A stretch of 64,000 bases of DNA from Eledone cirrhosa (lineage: Eukaryota): the NCBI GenBank assembly GCA_964016885.1, contig OZ024745.1, positions 128,340,001 to 128,404,000 on the forward strand, written 5' to 3'. The notes under the pieces were generated by a model that saw only the letters and a program-made list of their open reading frames with translations, did not search any database and was not told where the DNA came from. Positions 29,066 through 43,369 of the stretch are shown one piece after another; the first letter of the stretch is position 1, and the number at the start of each line of letters is the position of its first letter. The translations under genes were made by a program, and so were the position numbers.

Positions 29066-29680
29066 TTATGATTAAATGTATAAATTATTGTACAATTTCT
29101 TCTTAATTCTACTGCCAAATGAGAATATAAAGTTATTCAGAATAAGAACTTCGTCGTGTTATCTATAATTGTGTTTGTATATTTACAAAACAATTACAGC
29201 CAATAATTAATTATTGTCTATATTGGGAAGAGAAAGACAAAGAAACAAAACTGTATAAGAAACAAATTAAAATTTAGAGCAATAATTTGTTTTAAATCCT
29301 CTAATTAGTACTATTGTATTCCATTGATGCTTAAAGACTTTGTCATACAGTGTGTATAAGAAAATGATGTCTTATTTTTTGTGTTTCTTCTTATTTGCAG
29401 GAGTGTGTGTATTGGATTATATTTGCTAGGCTGGCTACAAGGGTGTAAGATTGTAAATATATTGAAATGCAGTGAATTAGTGCATATCAGGGAAGAAGGA
29501 AAATATTATCTTTATGAAAACAACATTAAAATATTAAGAAATGAAGACGTATAGAAATTGATGGAGTCATTTGAGGGAGTTCTAATCATTATGATATTCA
29601 AATGTATTTATATAGATGTGTGTGTGTGTGTGTTTGTGTATACATACATATATATACTTATATATGTGTGTGTGTGTATG

Positions 29681-29711
<31 letters not shown>

Positions 29712-29731
29712 GTTTGCTCCGAAATCAATAG

Positions 29732-29824
29732 ACGTGTTTGTGGAACCTGCGAATCCAGAGTCAGGTTAGATCCACACACAGATCGCACCTCGAGTTGTTC
29801 GTCGGGGAAACAATTGTAATACGT
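29732..29824 (+). ncRNA. Decayed family G hammerhead
   Basis: acgtgt-TTGTGGA-...ccagagtcaggttagatc...-GAAA(29807-29810)-caattg-TA-atacgt, followed by aataaaTTGAGT. Confidence 0.45.
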
Positions 29825-29864
29825 AATAAATTGAGTTCCGATGCATCATTGATTTTTCGTTTTC

Positions 29865-29979
<115 letters not shown>

Positions 29980-30313
29980 AAAAGATGTACATAAACATGC
30001 CAAAATGTTGGCATGTTTATGTACATTTTCCTTCTAACTTTGATTTTGTATGGTTGGCTATATGTCTAATCAATTTATACAGGCTATTAGAAATACTAGG
30101 TAAATCATCTGTGGCTGTTGATCGCGGATAAAATAACTATCATTTATTTATCTATTGTTACTTCATAGGTACATTTTAAACTTATAGCCTCATTTAATTG
30201 ATTTTTTTTTTGTGTGGTTAATTATGCTGATTGGGAGAAGAAATAGTGTATGATTCTATGGACTTACTTTCTTACTTTAGATAACAATCAGTAGATTACA
30301 AATCAACTAACTC

Positions 30314-30379
<66 letters not shown>

Positions 30380-31109
30380 AATATATATATATATATATAC
30401 CAAAATAGAAGTCATATATCATCAAAACAGAGGAGAAGATATGTTAGATGCCTTAAACAAAGCAAAGTGTGCTCAGTGCGTAAAGATGCAAAATTAAATA
30501 TTAAAGTGGTTATCCCATTTGTGACAGCATTGGACATAACCAAACTTTCTCTGAAGAATCTAAATCTCGCTTATTCCTTCCATAGAATTATCGTCTGTAC
30601 CCATGGAAGGAATAAATATTGTTTTTAAAGTCTTCTTTTCTCCACCATATGCTTCAGCTTAAATATATATATTTTTCCAGTTTCCTTCTCAACAAGGAAG
30701 ATGAAAAAAACTTGCCTCAACTTAAGTTTAAATCTTTAATTTTTAGGTTTTAATTCTTATTAATTGTAATACTCAATATTTGATAAGATGAATTTTACTA
30801 ATACATCGAAACCGGTTATACTTTATATACATTATAAAACTCTTTTTTTTAAGAATTGTCCCTCTCATGTTTTCAATAATGTCACTTTGACGAATCAAAG
30901 AAAGGAAGAAAAGGGAAAACAGACCCTTAAATCTATATTCTCCGTGCTATTTCCAATTTCACTTTATCTCTATAACCACTGTATTGGATAGAACCTTACT
31001 TCCCTTTTCAAATATATATGTGTGTGGGGGGGGGGGGGGGGGTGCGTGTGTGCGTGTGTGTGTAGAGAGAGAGATGTGAGTGTATATATACATATGTGTG
31101 TGTGTATGG

Positions 31110-31410
31110 AAAACTGGCATATGCCGTTCTAAGTACTCACAGTTTTCTGAAACAAGATGGTTGGATAACATCCATGAAGTCAGCCAATCACGCTTGGGGA
31201 TCCAGCCGGATCTGTTGGAGACAGTTGTTCCTGTCAGGATCTGGTGGAAGGAGTGTTTAAAGACTCCAACCCCACGACTCAGGAATGAGTGGGCGAAGAA
31301 GAAGAAGAAGAAGAAGAAGAAGAAGAAGAAGAAGAAGAAGAAGAAGAAGAAGAAGAAGAAGAAGAAGAAGAAGAAGAAGAAGAAGAAGAAGAAGAAGACG
31401 AAGAAGAAGA
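31110..31410 (+). mobile_element. RTE-like LINE 3' end with (GAA)n tail
   Basis: caagatggttggataacatccatga...gcttggggatccagccgga matches 7764-7900 (-), followed by a GAA array. Confidence 0.7.
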
Positions 31411-31659
31411 TTTACCTAGGACGGTACATGCAAGTTTGGCATATGTTTTATCTAATCCAATATATTTACCTCTATATTTAAACACACACACTCACACATA
31501 CACACACACATATATGTATATGTATATATATATATATGTGTATGTTTGTGTGTGTGTGTGTGTGTATAAAGGATTATGAGTTCATGCAATTGACTTATGT
31601 TTCGTCACTATATATATACGATATTAAATAAATGGAAACTATATTTATAAAACCATATT

Positions 31660-31724
31660 TATTTCATTATACATATTTCAGGGATACCAAATTAAAATAT
31701 GGTATGCCTTCATCAGACAAAATA
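31660..31724 (-). ncRNA. Hammerhead ribozyme (family A, inverted arm)
   Basis: Reverse complement of 31870-31934. Confidence 0.8.
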
Positions 31725-31869
31725 CAATATATAAACAGTTTTATAAATAATTTTGACGTACCCTATTAGATGCGACCATTATTTTTGGAAGCTGTCTGGA
31801 TAGTGAGATGTTTATAATTATTTTATTAGTTATAGTGTCAAAATTATTTATAAAACTGTTTATATATTG

Positions 31870-31934
31870 TATTTTGTCTGATGAAGGCATACCATATTTT
31901 AATTTGGTATCCCTGAAATATGTATAATGAAATA
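31870..31934 (+). ncRNA. Hammerhead ribozyme (family A)
   Basis: tattttgt-CTGATGA(31878-31884)-aggcatacca..tggtatccct-GAAA(31915-31918)-tatgta-TA-atgaaata. Confidence 0.85.
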
Positions 31935-32062
31935 AATATGGTTTTATAAATATAGTTTCCATTTATTTAATATCGTATATCTACTCCAAAAACTTGTCGA
32001 GTGCTTTATATCAGTTATAAAATATTTACTTGTTGTATCCCAACAATTTTAAATAGAACTTT

Positions 32063-32092
<30 letters not shown>

Positions 32093-32093
<1 letters not shown>

Positions 32094-32304
32094 TGCTTTT
32101 ATCCTTCTATGTTGTTTACTTGTCTCACTCGCTTTACGCGATTTACTTGTCCCAATAGCTTTTTTTAGTTATTGCACGCACCAACCTGAGGTATATGATT
32201 TTTAATGCGATGAAATATCAATGATGGTTGGCAAATCACTGAAGAAGGACTATTTTTATCATATGTAACCCATATGCAACCACGCAGTATTCTTCTTTCT
32301 TCTC

Positions 32305-32311
<7 letters not shown>
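32093..32311 (+). mobile_element. Family H element 3' part
   Basis: Aligns to ~43720-43912; CTGAAGA at 32239-32245; TA flanks. Confidence 0.65.
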
Positions 32312-32354
<43 letters not shown>

Positions 32355-33019
32355 CAGATATCTAAATGCATATAAGACAACATGCATAAAAGGACATCAC
32401 ATCCAGTTACACAAAAACCGAAAGACACGCATAAATACATACAATCACCTACACACACACACACACACACTAACACACACAGACTAACGCAGACAGATTC
32501 ACACACACACACACAGACTTAGACACATTCACACCCACATACTAAACTCTAGCTGAGACAAAATGCGATAGAGAAAATGAAATATAATAAGATTATGAAG
32601 GAAAGGGAGAAAGGCAAAGAGAGAAAATTAGAATGAAAGAACGATGAAGCAGAGGGGAGAGGGGAGAGGGTGGGGAATAGAAGGAAAAGGGATGAATAGG
32701 AAGGAGGTAAGAATAACAAAGCTGAAATAAATAAAAAATTAAGATGAACGGAAAGTCAAACCACCACCTCATGTCGACGTCTAAAAACCACCATGTCTTC
32801 AAATTATCAAAACCACAATTCAGTATTTATCAGGGAAGTCTTTTGGGTCCAGGCTATAGATTGACCTTAAATAAATAGAAATTCTTCTGGATTTATTTCC
32901 TTAATTAATTCATTTAGTGATTGATTTATTTGTACAACTTCTCAAATGCGTCAAGGAATTTCTATTTCCTTCGTCTTATATTTTCTTTAGATAATGTATA
33001 TTGTGTAAATACTCATGCA

Positions 33020-33119
<100 letters not shown>

Positions 33120-33142
33120 TGTATGTGTATGTACGTTTATTA

Positions 33143-33185
<43 letters not shown>

Positions 33186-33193
33186 TATGTATA

Positions 33194-33225
<32 letters not shown>

Positions 33226-33255
33226 AACATATATATATATATATATATATGTATG

Positions 33256-33293
<38 letters not shown>

Positions 33294-33902
33294 TATACAT
33301 ATACACATATTTGCATATGTGTTTGTTTGTTGTTACGTATGTGTGTGTCTGTGTGCCTGTGTGTGTGTCTGTATGTGTGCGTGTGTGTCTGTGTGTGTCT
33401 ATGTATGTGTGTGTCTGTGTGTGTCTGTGTGTGTATGTATGTGTTTGTGTAAGTGCATCATATGCAATTAAAGTCCAACAGGTTTTATTTATTTAAGCAC
33501 ACGACAACAGATAAATATACAAAATCACTTACACACACAAACACACACACACACGCGCACACACACAGATATATATATATATATATGTATATGTGTATAT
33601 GTGTGACATGTGTGTGTGTGTGTGTGTGTCAAGAGTATCGTTGAAATTTCAACTCCTACACCTTCCCTCACGTCTTATACACTTTAAACGCTTTTCGTCT
33701 TTTTTTTCTATATTTCAGTCTTCAGCCTTCTTATCCCATATGTATGCAGCAGTCGCTAGATGTATATCCACACACACACACACACATACACACATACATA
33801 CATATACATATATGCAAATATATATATGTATATATATGTATATGTATATAAATATATGTATATATATGTATATATGTATATATATATGTATATATATATA
33901 TG

Positions 33903-33956
<54 letters not shown>

Positions 33957-34069
33957 TATATATGTATTTTTTAGGAACGATCGACGTTCGTCAAATCGGA
34001 CCGAGGGAACAATGTTTCCGTTGGTCTTTCCAATTGCTAATACTATCTATCGGTCGCAACTCCAGGTAG

Positions 34070-34188
34070 AAGGAGCAACGGGAAATAAAGTGTCTTGCTC
34101 AAGGACATAACGCGTCGCCTGGTCCAGGAATCGAACTCACAACCTTACGATTGCGAATCCAATTCTCTAACCACTCAGCCACACGCCT
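34070..34188 (-). mobile_element. tRNA-derived SINE family 2, 5' part
   Basis: Reverse complement of ggcgtgtggctgagtggttagag...gtgagttcgattcc...ccttgagcaagacacttt. Confidence 0.75.
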
Positions 34189-34366
34189 TCACTATATGTA
34201 TATATATGTATATAAATACGTATGTATATATACATATATATATATTTATATATATATATATGTATGTATATATATGTATATATATATACATATATAAATA
34301 AATATATATATATGTATATATATATAAAAATATATATATACACACACACACACAAACACACACACA

Positions 34367-34437
<71 letters not shown>

Positions 34438-34673
34438 CGACTCATCTATGGCGTCATGCATTTTGTAATGTTATCCGTTTCCTTGGTCCTCGTTTCCTTC
34501 TCAACATTTTTTACTCTGTTATTCAGGATATGTCTTTATATGTTATAAACAGACACAAAGGATTTCGAAAAAGGAAAGCTTCTAATATAGGAACTGAACA
34601 AGATTTAATAATGTCAATAGAAATACAGTCATAGTATTACATACCACAATTTCATCCTTATGTTCTTACATAT

Positions 34674-34990
34674 AATTGTTTCTGCTTTTGGCACAAGGCC
34701 AGCAATAAAACAGTGCATTACTGGTACTTTATTTTATCGACCCCGTAAGGATGAAATTGCAAAGTTTACCCCAGTGGGATTTGAACTCAGAATGGCAAGG
34801 GTCGTAACTCTATGCGTCAAAGCATGGCGTCCGATACTCTACCGATACTGCCAATCCACCGGACAGATTTTACGAGCAAAACAAACCGTCTGGAGACCCA
34901 AAGGTAGACCCCGAGCAAGATGGTTTGATAACATCCATGAGCTTGGTTGGTCTCGCTTGGGGATTCAACCAGATTGGTTGGAGACGGTTA
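34674..34990. mobile_element. SINE family 1 (-) joined head-to-head to an RTE-like 3' fragment (+)
   Basis: Junction gccaatccacc|ggacagattttacgagc at 34860/34861. Confidence 0.75.
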
Positions 34991-37599
34991 CATATTGTTA
35001 CATATAATAGTTAGTATTACATATATTTAAGCGATATCCAAATATTTCTTTCAAATTTTGAAATGTAATGATAAGAGAATCCTAACAAACGTATCTTTTC
35101 TTAAATTAGTTTCTACTGATGATAAACAAATAACTGATATTTTGTAGAAAATAAAAAGTGTTAATGTGTGATCTTCATGACATTTTCAAAGACATAAATC
35201 CGCATAAATGGAATGGTTCCGGGCTATGATTGAAACAAGTTTTTTCTTTCTTTTTGCTTGCTCTCGTTTCCCTCTCGTTTTATATCTATTAATACTCATT
35301 GAATTTTACTATTTGCACCGAGAATGATATTGGTTTGATTTTGCTAAAGCTCTCTAGTTTAATCTAATTTCTTCTGCCATGATTTAACAGACCATAAAGT
35401 CTCTTTATTTTTACCAGACATATGGTATATATAGAACTAAGCTATTGAAATTAATTTATTCAAAAGCAAAAGTATAAAAACAAACCTTATTTAGTAAGAA
35501 AAAATATCTTTTAAAAAGGGAAAACACAAGGAAAGAAAGAATAGGGAAATATAGAAAAAAAGAAAAGAGAGAAAGAAAGAAGAAAAAGAACGGGAAAGGG
35601 AGGGTATGGCAAGAGCTCTGGTGTGACAGAAGAGAGGGGGGGTAAGGGGGGAGAATGTGCCATGTCTATTTTAAAGCAGTATTGTGTGGTTTAAGGGAGA
35701 CAGGGGTGAGTTCTCTAACAGACAGAGCGACTACATAAGGATTCCTTTATATCTAAATGGAGGGAATTAGAACTTAATAAAAGTAGTGTTTATACCTACA
35801 TAAGGATTAGCAATGATATGAAAAGGTTTTAACTGAGGATATGAAATAGTTAGGAATTTAACTCTTGATCGGTCAAACTCTTATCGGCACCAAACTACTA
35901 GTTCTTATTGTGGTTCTATTTATTATGGCTTGTCGTGAGGAATGTCGTGATTGAGTAAACTTATTTTCAAAAGTGATCCAGATAACTTGTATGTTTTTTG
36001 GCGTTGGGTTTCATTCATTTCTCAGGAAGATTAATGAAGTAATTTACTCAAACGAATGTAATTAGCACAGAGTGACGTAATTAGCTGAAAACGTTCAGTT
36101 TATAGAAAAGGGGAAAATGTGATTGCCTAGCTTCATGTTATTCATAAGTGATTATGTAGTGTTTGTTACATGAACTGGGTTAAACCGAGAATCAGTACAC
36201 TTAACCTAACCTTTACAATAATAATAATTTCTAAGATTGACAAAAGGCCAAACATTTTGTGGGAGAAGTATTGTCGTTTAAATTAATTCTAGTCTTTGAC
36301 TGATGAAAGCGTATTGGCCTTGTGGTTAGTGTGTTTATTTCACATCCGTAATGCCGTGAGTTCACTCCAGATCGAGTTACGTATTTTGCTCTCCCACAAG
36401 GCACTTCATTACAAGCTGTTCCTGTTCCCACGGCTGAAAAGATTAATACTAGCATTAGCTGCTTAATCTTGAGACGGACCGGTGCTCTCACTGGCTTAAT
36501 ACCACATAAATCCGTCCAAACATTCGATCAAGTGAGCCTCCAAGACTGTAACTTAAACTGTAAATGGACTGCTACTTATGTCATTGAATTAGGAAGGCGG
36601 AAAGATAAAGTCGATGACAATGAGGTTTTAATTCAGAATGTAAAAGACGTAACTAAAATACCACAAGTTAATTTATCCATCGCCCTATTTCAGACGTAAC
36701 TCGAATATGACCTGGTTACAAAAAAGAATTTCGTTGTTATGAATCATACCTTCTCTCTTGTTTTATCTGCCCAAATATCTTGAGTAGACACGGACAGTCA
36801 ACCAACGCACCATTGTTTCATCGGAACATCAAGGATATGTCAGCTTAACGATGAGATGGATGAATATACTTATCACGTAGAAAGCAAACTTTATCTAGTT
36901 TGTCAGAACATCTTCATGATGTATGTCCAGCTATTATATAGATCCAACACTGCTATATTTTAAGTCACTGCCTCCTTACTGACCGATATATATTCATCAG
37001 AGGAAAGGAAGAGTCGACTTCAGTGAAATTTTATTTCAGAATATAAATAGATTTTGATGAGTGTCGAAAGGTGAAGAACAAGATGGCTCAGTGCTCACCT
37101 AGCTATACATACGATAATAAGTACTATGTGTTGGTGCACGGGAAAAGTAAAGCATATATTACTCTATTACTTTATTACGTGTTCCCGCCGACAGGCTGAG
37201 GCCATGCTGGGGCACCACCATTGACCGGGTGAAATTCTACGTTAAAATTTCACAATGTTTGTAGTTCGGAGAGGAGTAAGTTTTTCCAGGTTGAATAATC
37301 AAAATAAATTACGAGAGTGCGAAATCCTCAGAGTACACCAATAACTCAATGGATGTTAGGAACTTCACTACCGCCATCGTTTTCTTTCTGTTACAACGAC
37401 TTTTCGTCGAATGACCTTCCACCGAACGACTTATCCTCGAAACTAATTATCGTCACGGCGAATATAGTATTCAAAGAATAGTTTTGTAAATATTTTATTT
37501 TGAAGATCAATCTATTTATTGTCAATAGTCATGTAATTTATGGTTTATTGCCGGCTCACCAACAAAATGATATTACGATACAGTGAACTTTGAAATTAG

Positions 37600-38231
37600 A
37601 TATGAGTTAATGATAGTTCAGCACGATGACTAGATAAAGATGAAATGCCGAAGCACAGTCCAAAATATAATATTCACCAAAAGCGTTAATGGTGTCTGTT
37701 TGGTGGTCCAGCGCTACCATCATCTCCTATTGCATTATGACCTATCCAATCGATTTCAGTGAATATATACTCCCACCAATTGGACGAATTAATGAGGAAG
37801 TTTGCGTTTAAACAGCCGAGATTGTTCAATAGAGTCAGGCCAATCCTTTTGCAAAACAATGCTCGACCATATGTCACAGAAACAACGCTGCTCAAACTAC
37901 ATTAGCTGGACTTGGAAACTCTCTGTCACCCATTATATTCACCAGACCTTGCACCAACTGACTATCACGTCTTAAAGGCATTGGACCACTTCTTGCAAGG
38001 AAAAACATTCAATTCTCAAGAAGTTGCGAAAACAGCCTTTCACAGTTTCATTCATTGCCTCTCGCCCTCCAGGTTTCTCTGCTACCCTCATAAACAAGTT
38101 AACGTTAAGATGACCAACGTGTGTTGATAGCTTAAGCATATACTATGTTTAATTGCACTGCTTCTTTTTTGAAATAACATAAACTAAACTTTCAATTCGA
38201 AATCGGACATTTCATACTTAATGACCTGATA
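37600..38231 (+). mobile_element. Mariner transposon 3' half, decayed transposase with right TIR
   Basis: Motifs LMVSVWWS, PILLQNNARPY (from LLHDNARPH) and HPLYSPDLAPTDYH, with stops and frameshifts. Ends ggacatttcatacttaatgacctgata. Confidence 0.9.
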
Positions 38232-39340
38232 ATTAACTACTATATGGGATTGGAACAAATAAACATTTTTAGTTCTCTTACTGATTGTTTTTACATTAAA
38301 TTTTTATTGGTAATTCTATTTTTGTTTTAAATTTAAAATTATTCTATATTTAAAATTATTTCGTACTTAAAACTATTATATAATTATTACATAATTATTC
38401 CCATGGCAAATAGATTCAATGAAAAATTCAGTTTGATAAAAAGTCACTTTATGTCACTCGATAAAAGTCGTTTTGATAAAACGTTGTACAATAATAAATA
38501 GTTCGATAAAAAAAAAAGTTTTTGTCACGTTGTTTTTCGTATATGGAATTAATTTTTTTATTTTTGTAAAATCAGTATTAGGGAAAGAAAAGCTAAATCA
38601 TGCATGTATGTGAATAATGTATATGGGAATTTTAGAGTAAGATAATGTGGTCTTCATGATGAAGAACATTGTCTTGTACTAGTTTGTGAAATTGAGTATG
38701 GTTGGAATAGGTAATAAGAATAAAACTCATACTTGTGAGTGGGGACCATACACAACTTGAGTGTTTATAATGATAGAGAATCTGTCTTAGTAGTTATGGG
38801 AAAATGGTGGATTAATTCAGTCGTTATATTTAGCAGTTTTATGCAGCTGTCGGTTTTAATCACTTAATTTCAGCTTTATTTAACAGTTAATTTGGTAGGT
38901 TATTTTCGTAGTCTAATTCAGGTTTTGATTAAGAGATAAATGGACATTTTAAATGGAAGCTTATTTTAGTAGATTAATTTAGAAATATTTAAAAGTGTTG
39001 TTGTTGTTGTTATGTCTTAACCCCCGCGTCACCTCGCCTTATTTCGGACATAGTATATCTGAGAGTAAATTACTCAGTATGCTCTTCCTCTTTTATTTGA
39101 TGTAGATTTGGTTTCTATTTCTAGCAGGTCGAGCGATCACTTAAATGTTTCTACCTGAATTATGTTGTTTGTTTATCTTATAGCTCAGTCCTGATTTAGC
39201 AGGATTGTGATATATATGTAGTCGGTTTAACTTTGTGTCACCTGTTTCACTTGCCTATGACAAGCTCGCTGTTTGCTTTGGTGGGGGGAGGAGGTCTTTT
39301 CTGCAACATAATATATCTAAGATTACATTATACAATATGT

Positions 39341-39925
39341 CAGGGGTGGTTAAACTACGGCCCCCGGGCCAAATGCGGTCCACCACAGAGTTTTGTGTGG
39401 CCCGTGGAAGCATTCGGCGAATTAATAAAAAAAAAATTAAAATCAACAAATTTTCGTTTAGCAGAAACCAGATCTAGTTAAGTTTTTTGTACCAGAGAGA
39501 ACAGAGAGACAGAGGGCAGAAGTGACCATTTTATTTCAAATAAAAGGTACAACATAACAACTGTGCATGCGCAACTGTTGACATCCGCAGCTGGTTTCCA
39601 CAACAACGCCATGACATAATTTCTTCTGACCGTAATAATGATTTCTGCTAAAAAGTGTAAAATTGACTAAGAATGTCGAGTATTCCAAGAAAATTGGCTA
39701 TACAGAAGTATTTCTTTACCAGTGCCGAGAACAAAGTATGCTTGCTGTGTCAAGAGACCATTTCTGTGTTCAAAGAGTAAATTTAAAGCGACACCACCAA
39801 ACAAAACACGAGGGTTTTGGTCTCAACAGGTCCGATGAAGAACGGAGGAGAAAGGCAATAGATTTCGTAACAAAACTGAACAAGCAAAAAACTATGTTTA
39901 CAAAATTATCGTCGCATCATGAGAA
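39341..39925 (+). mobile_element. hAT (Charlie/SPIN-like) transposon left end and decayed transposase N-terminus
   Basis: Terminus CAGGGGTGGTTAAACTACGGCCCCCGGGCCAAATGCGGTCC; peptide NLKRHHQTKH...KLNKQKTMF of the BED-like N-terminal region. Confidence 0.8.
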
Positions 39926-39928
39926 TGC

Positions 39929-39999
39929 CAAATCACACGGTGCCAATTAAAAATGGACATATTAAATATGTCCATTTTTAACTGGCACGGTGTGATTTG
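39929..39999. repeat. Short palindrome at the truncation point of the hAT fragment
   Basis: caaatcacac.gtgcca.ttaaaaatggacatatt / aatatgtccattttta.ctggcac.gtgtgatttg. Confidence 0.8.
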
Positions 40000-41379
40000 A
40001 ATGAGATTTTCCTGGTATTTTTAGCGAATCAGGCAACCACATATAGGCTCCTGAGATATATATTGCTGTACTGGTGGTGTTATTATTGTTAAACACTAAA
40101 CCGGACCTAATAGATCAAACCTATGATCAAAAGTGTGCGAACCATGATCTGTCCTTCATTTATTCAAATAGTTTCAACAATTATAGTATCCAGACCTACA
40201 TTTTCAAATGTGTCGTTTTTTTAAGACAGTAAAGTGGAATTTGAAAAGCATTCGCTGCTCTTTCAATCATGTCGGCAGGAAAGTTAAGGTGTTGCTTTGA
40301 ACAATATCATTCAACATTTGCCTCCAGGAGGTTTTTATGGGGCGATATAAATTCTGAGTAGAAATTTATAAGAAAACAATTAGTAGTTCAGTATCGCGGT
40401 TTAGTATTTTCTTTAGTATGATGGTTTACCAAACTACAATTTGCTGATTCTTTCAGTTCAAGTTAGACTTTAGTTCGGTAATTTTCACTGTGGTAGACAA
40501 AAATAAACAAACTAAAATAATAAGGTTCCTCACGGGAGTATGAGGGATAAACATATTAGAATGATGGTAACAGGGAAATTGTGACATTCATGATTTTTTC
40601 AACGAACATTCTGTAGCTTCTACATGAAGCCTACCATGTCCTACGATCGCCTGTGAACACATGCGATAATCTAACACCGCCTACGCTGTGCCGGATTTCA
40701 TATAGCGCAAAGCGGGCAACTTCCCTGGACGCCCTGCAACGAGAGGTCCCACCAGTGAAGACCGTAACAATTTATTTGTGCCCTCTGCTAGACTTTTTAG
40801 TTTTAGGATGGCTAGATTTTTTTAATTTAATACCTGTATGTATAACTTTTCAATTCCAATTACTTACGCCAAGCTAACTTTGATATGTAAAATTGGTGGT
40901 GGTGTGTGTGGGGGGGGGGTGTATATTCTAATTTTTAGTGTATAAGCCACCCCGTCAAATCTCAAACTACTCTGGGGTCCCCCCAAGGTTTAAATCGGGT
41001 CCGGAACACATGCGATAATCTAAGACCACCTACGAGCTCCAAAGAATTCCAATGCCCAAATATCACTACACGAAAACGTCATATTTGATTCGATGACATA
41101 CTGAAAATGTCATCACCATTTATGATGAGAAGGTTAGTATGAAATATCAGTTCATTGTTCTTTAACATCCGGGAATTCATTGTACACACGTATGACGTCA
41201 AATCAACAAAATATGTCAGATGAGTCACACCTAGTGACTGTGGACAATAAAAAAAAAAAAGTCAGTAGCAGTATTAGCAGTTCTAGTATTTATACTATAT
41301 CTGTTTCAACAAACTTTTATATATATCTATAGAAGATAAGAGAGGATGTACTGATTGACGTATGCACAAATATTGTCAA

Positions 41380-41905
41380 TAATTGTTTCTACTTTTGGCA
41401 CAACGCCAGCAAATTACCCCCAGTGCATTACTTGTACTTTATTTTATCGACCCCGTAAGGATGAAAGGCAAGGTTAACCTCGGTGGGATTTAAACTCAAA
41501 TCGTAAAGGGGCGTAACTCTATGCTGCAAAGCCCCTCTTAATTGTAAATACACTTCGTCGAGAAGAAGAAGAAGAAGAAGAAGAAGAAGAAGAAGAAGAA
41601 GAAGAAGAAGAAGAAGAAGAAGAAGAAGAAGAAGAAGAAAATAGCTCATTGCATTATATTAATTAGATATAAAACAAGGGCGGTGAATTGGCAGAATCGC
41701 TATAGCGTCGGACCAAATGCAAAATGCATGCTTCGTGGCATAGAATTATGGCCCTTTACGTTCTGATTTCAAATCCCGCCGAGGTTAGCTTTGCCTTTCA
41801 CTCTTACGGAGTCTATACATAAATTACCAGTAATGCACTGGGTCGATTTAATCGACTTGCCCCTCCCCCCAAAAAATTGTTAACCTTGTGCCTAAATCAG
41901 AAATT
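41380..41905. mobile_element. Two divergently oriented SINE family 1 copies separated by (GAA)n
   Basis: Minus copy ~41380-41532, (GAA)n 41560-41638, plus copy ~41678-41905. Confidence 0.8.
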
Positions 41906-42069
41906 ATTAATTAAATATAATACAGTGTGTTGAAAAATCTTGGTTAACTTAGATTATCCAAACGTTTATTATAAAAACACCCTCTAGCGGTGTTTAAAAT
42001 CTAACTCAATTAATTACTCATTCAGCCAAGAGCCTTGTTTCAGGGGGGTACCAGGGGACAATTCCACAC

Positions 42070-42253
42070 ACACGTGCGTTCCGCCACATATTTACACATT
42101 CAGCCTCCGCTCGTGAATCGTGGTTGTCTCCCTTTCCCGCTTAGTGACGCTATGATACTTCCTCAGTCAAAAGACTGCTGGAATTTCAAATTTGGCGGTC
42201 ATTCGATGCGTGAAGGAGCAGCTTAGCAGACACGATTTTTAACTGCGGTAAGA
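42070..42253 (+). promoter_or_regulatory. Possible promoter / first-exon region
   Basis: CpG-containing unique island with CACGTG(42071), TTTCCCGC(42133), TGACG(42145), TTCAAA-TTTGGCGG(42185-42198) and a donor-like G|GTAAGA(42248). Confidence 0.3.
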
Positions 42254-42674
42254 ATTTTTTCTTATATCAAAGTTTAATGGGCTTCCACTGAAGATTTATA
42301 AGTACCCACCTAAATATATTCTTACATGAATATATGTTAGGCTTCTACATAAACTGGAAACATTCTCCCAATTTGTAGAAAACTTATAATGAAACAATTG
42401 TTTGGAAAGAGAGATATATTTTAACTTTAATTATATCTCATAAAATAATACAACTGGCTTTCCACAAAATACATATAGTTAGCACCCCAAACACTTAAAT
42501 TGGGTTTATACTAACATATAACCTAATGTTTGTTGAGTGAGATGGTTACCAGTCGGAGTTTAGCTTTAAGCTATCTCTGTTATTGTATTAAATAAATATA
42601 TATATATATGCTGAAAAATAAATATATATATATATATATATATTTATTGGTGTGTAACGTTTAGTAATCAAGGA

Positions 42675-42770
42675 AACTGTCGGTTCCAGAGTCGGGTCAG
42701 ATCGATACCGATCGTACCAATGAGCTAGCTAATCGATCGCGAAACGCGCGTCACACGGGAATAAATATAA
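42675..42770 (+). mobile_element. Family G fragment
   Basis: ttccagagtcgggtcagatcgatac...gc-GAAA-cgcgcg-TC...aataaa; homologous to 48955-49048 (-). Confidence 0.55.
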
Positions 42771-42837
42771 TGATGCTATATTGATACCTCATCCCTGCTC
42801 CTTATTTATTATTATTCTTATATACATATAGATATAA

Positions 42838-42883
<46 letters not shown>

Positions 42884-42885
<2 letters not shown>

Positions 42886-43273
42886 CGGAGGAAGTATGGT
42901 AAGCAACCGGATGGACCATAACGCAACACAGTACTCAATGCTAAAAGGGTAGTAGAGTAGGTAATAGGAAAATGTTTAACCCCAACGGCAGAGCTCAAAC
43001 CGTTTCGACGGAAATAGCCGTCGAAACGGCTTGAGCTCTGCCGTCGAGGTTAAACATTTTCCCATATATATATAGGAACGAGTAGGACCCCGACGGCTGA
43101 GCTCAAGCCGTTTCGACGGCTAATTCAGGACTAAGATTTTAGTCCAGAATTAGCCGTCGAAACGGCTTGATCTCAGCCGTCGGGGTCCTACTCGTTCCTA
43201 TTACCCATTCTACTACCCTAAGTATTGAGTACTTTGGTGCGTTATGGTCCACCTTGTTCCTTACCACATTTCC

Positions 43274-43277
<4 letters not shown>
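42884..43277. mobile_element. Two back-to-back family C hairpin elements
   Basis: 42884-43063 (-) and 43074-43277 (+), separated by a short TA run. Confidence 0.8.

Positions 43278-43364
<87 letters not shown>

Positions 43365-43369
<5 letters not shown>

Larger units (their letters stand above)
31614..32066 (+). mobile_element. Family A element with inverted arm
   Basis: 31614-31757 is the reverse complement of 31837-31980; same 3' end as the 25584 copy. Confidence 0.8.
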
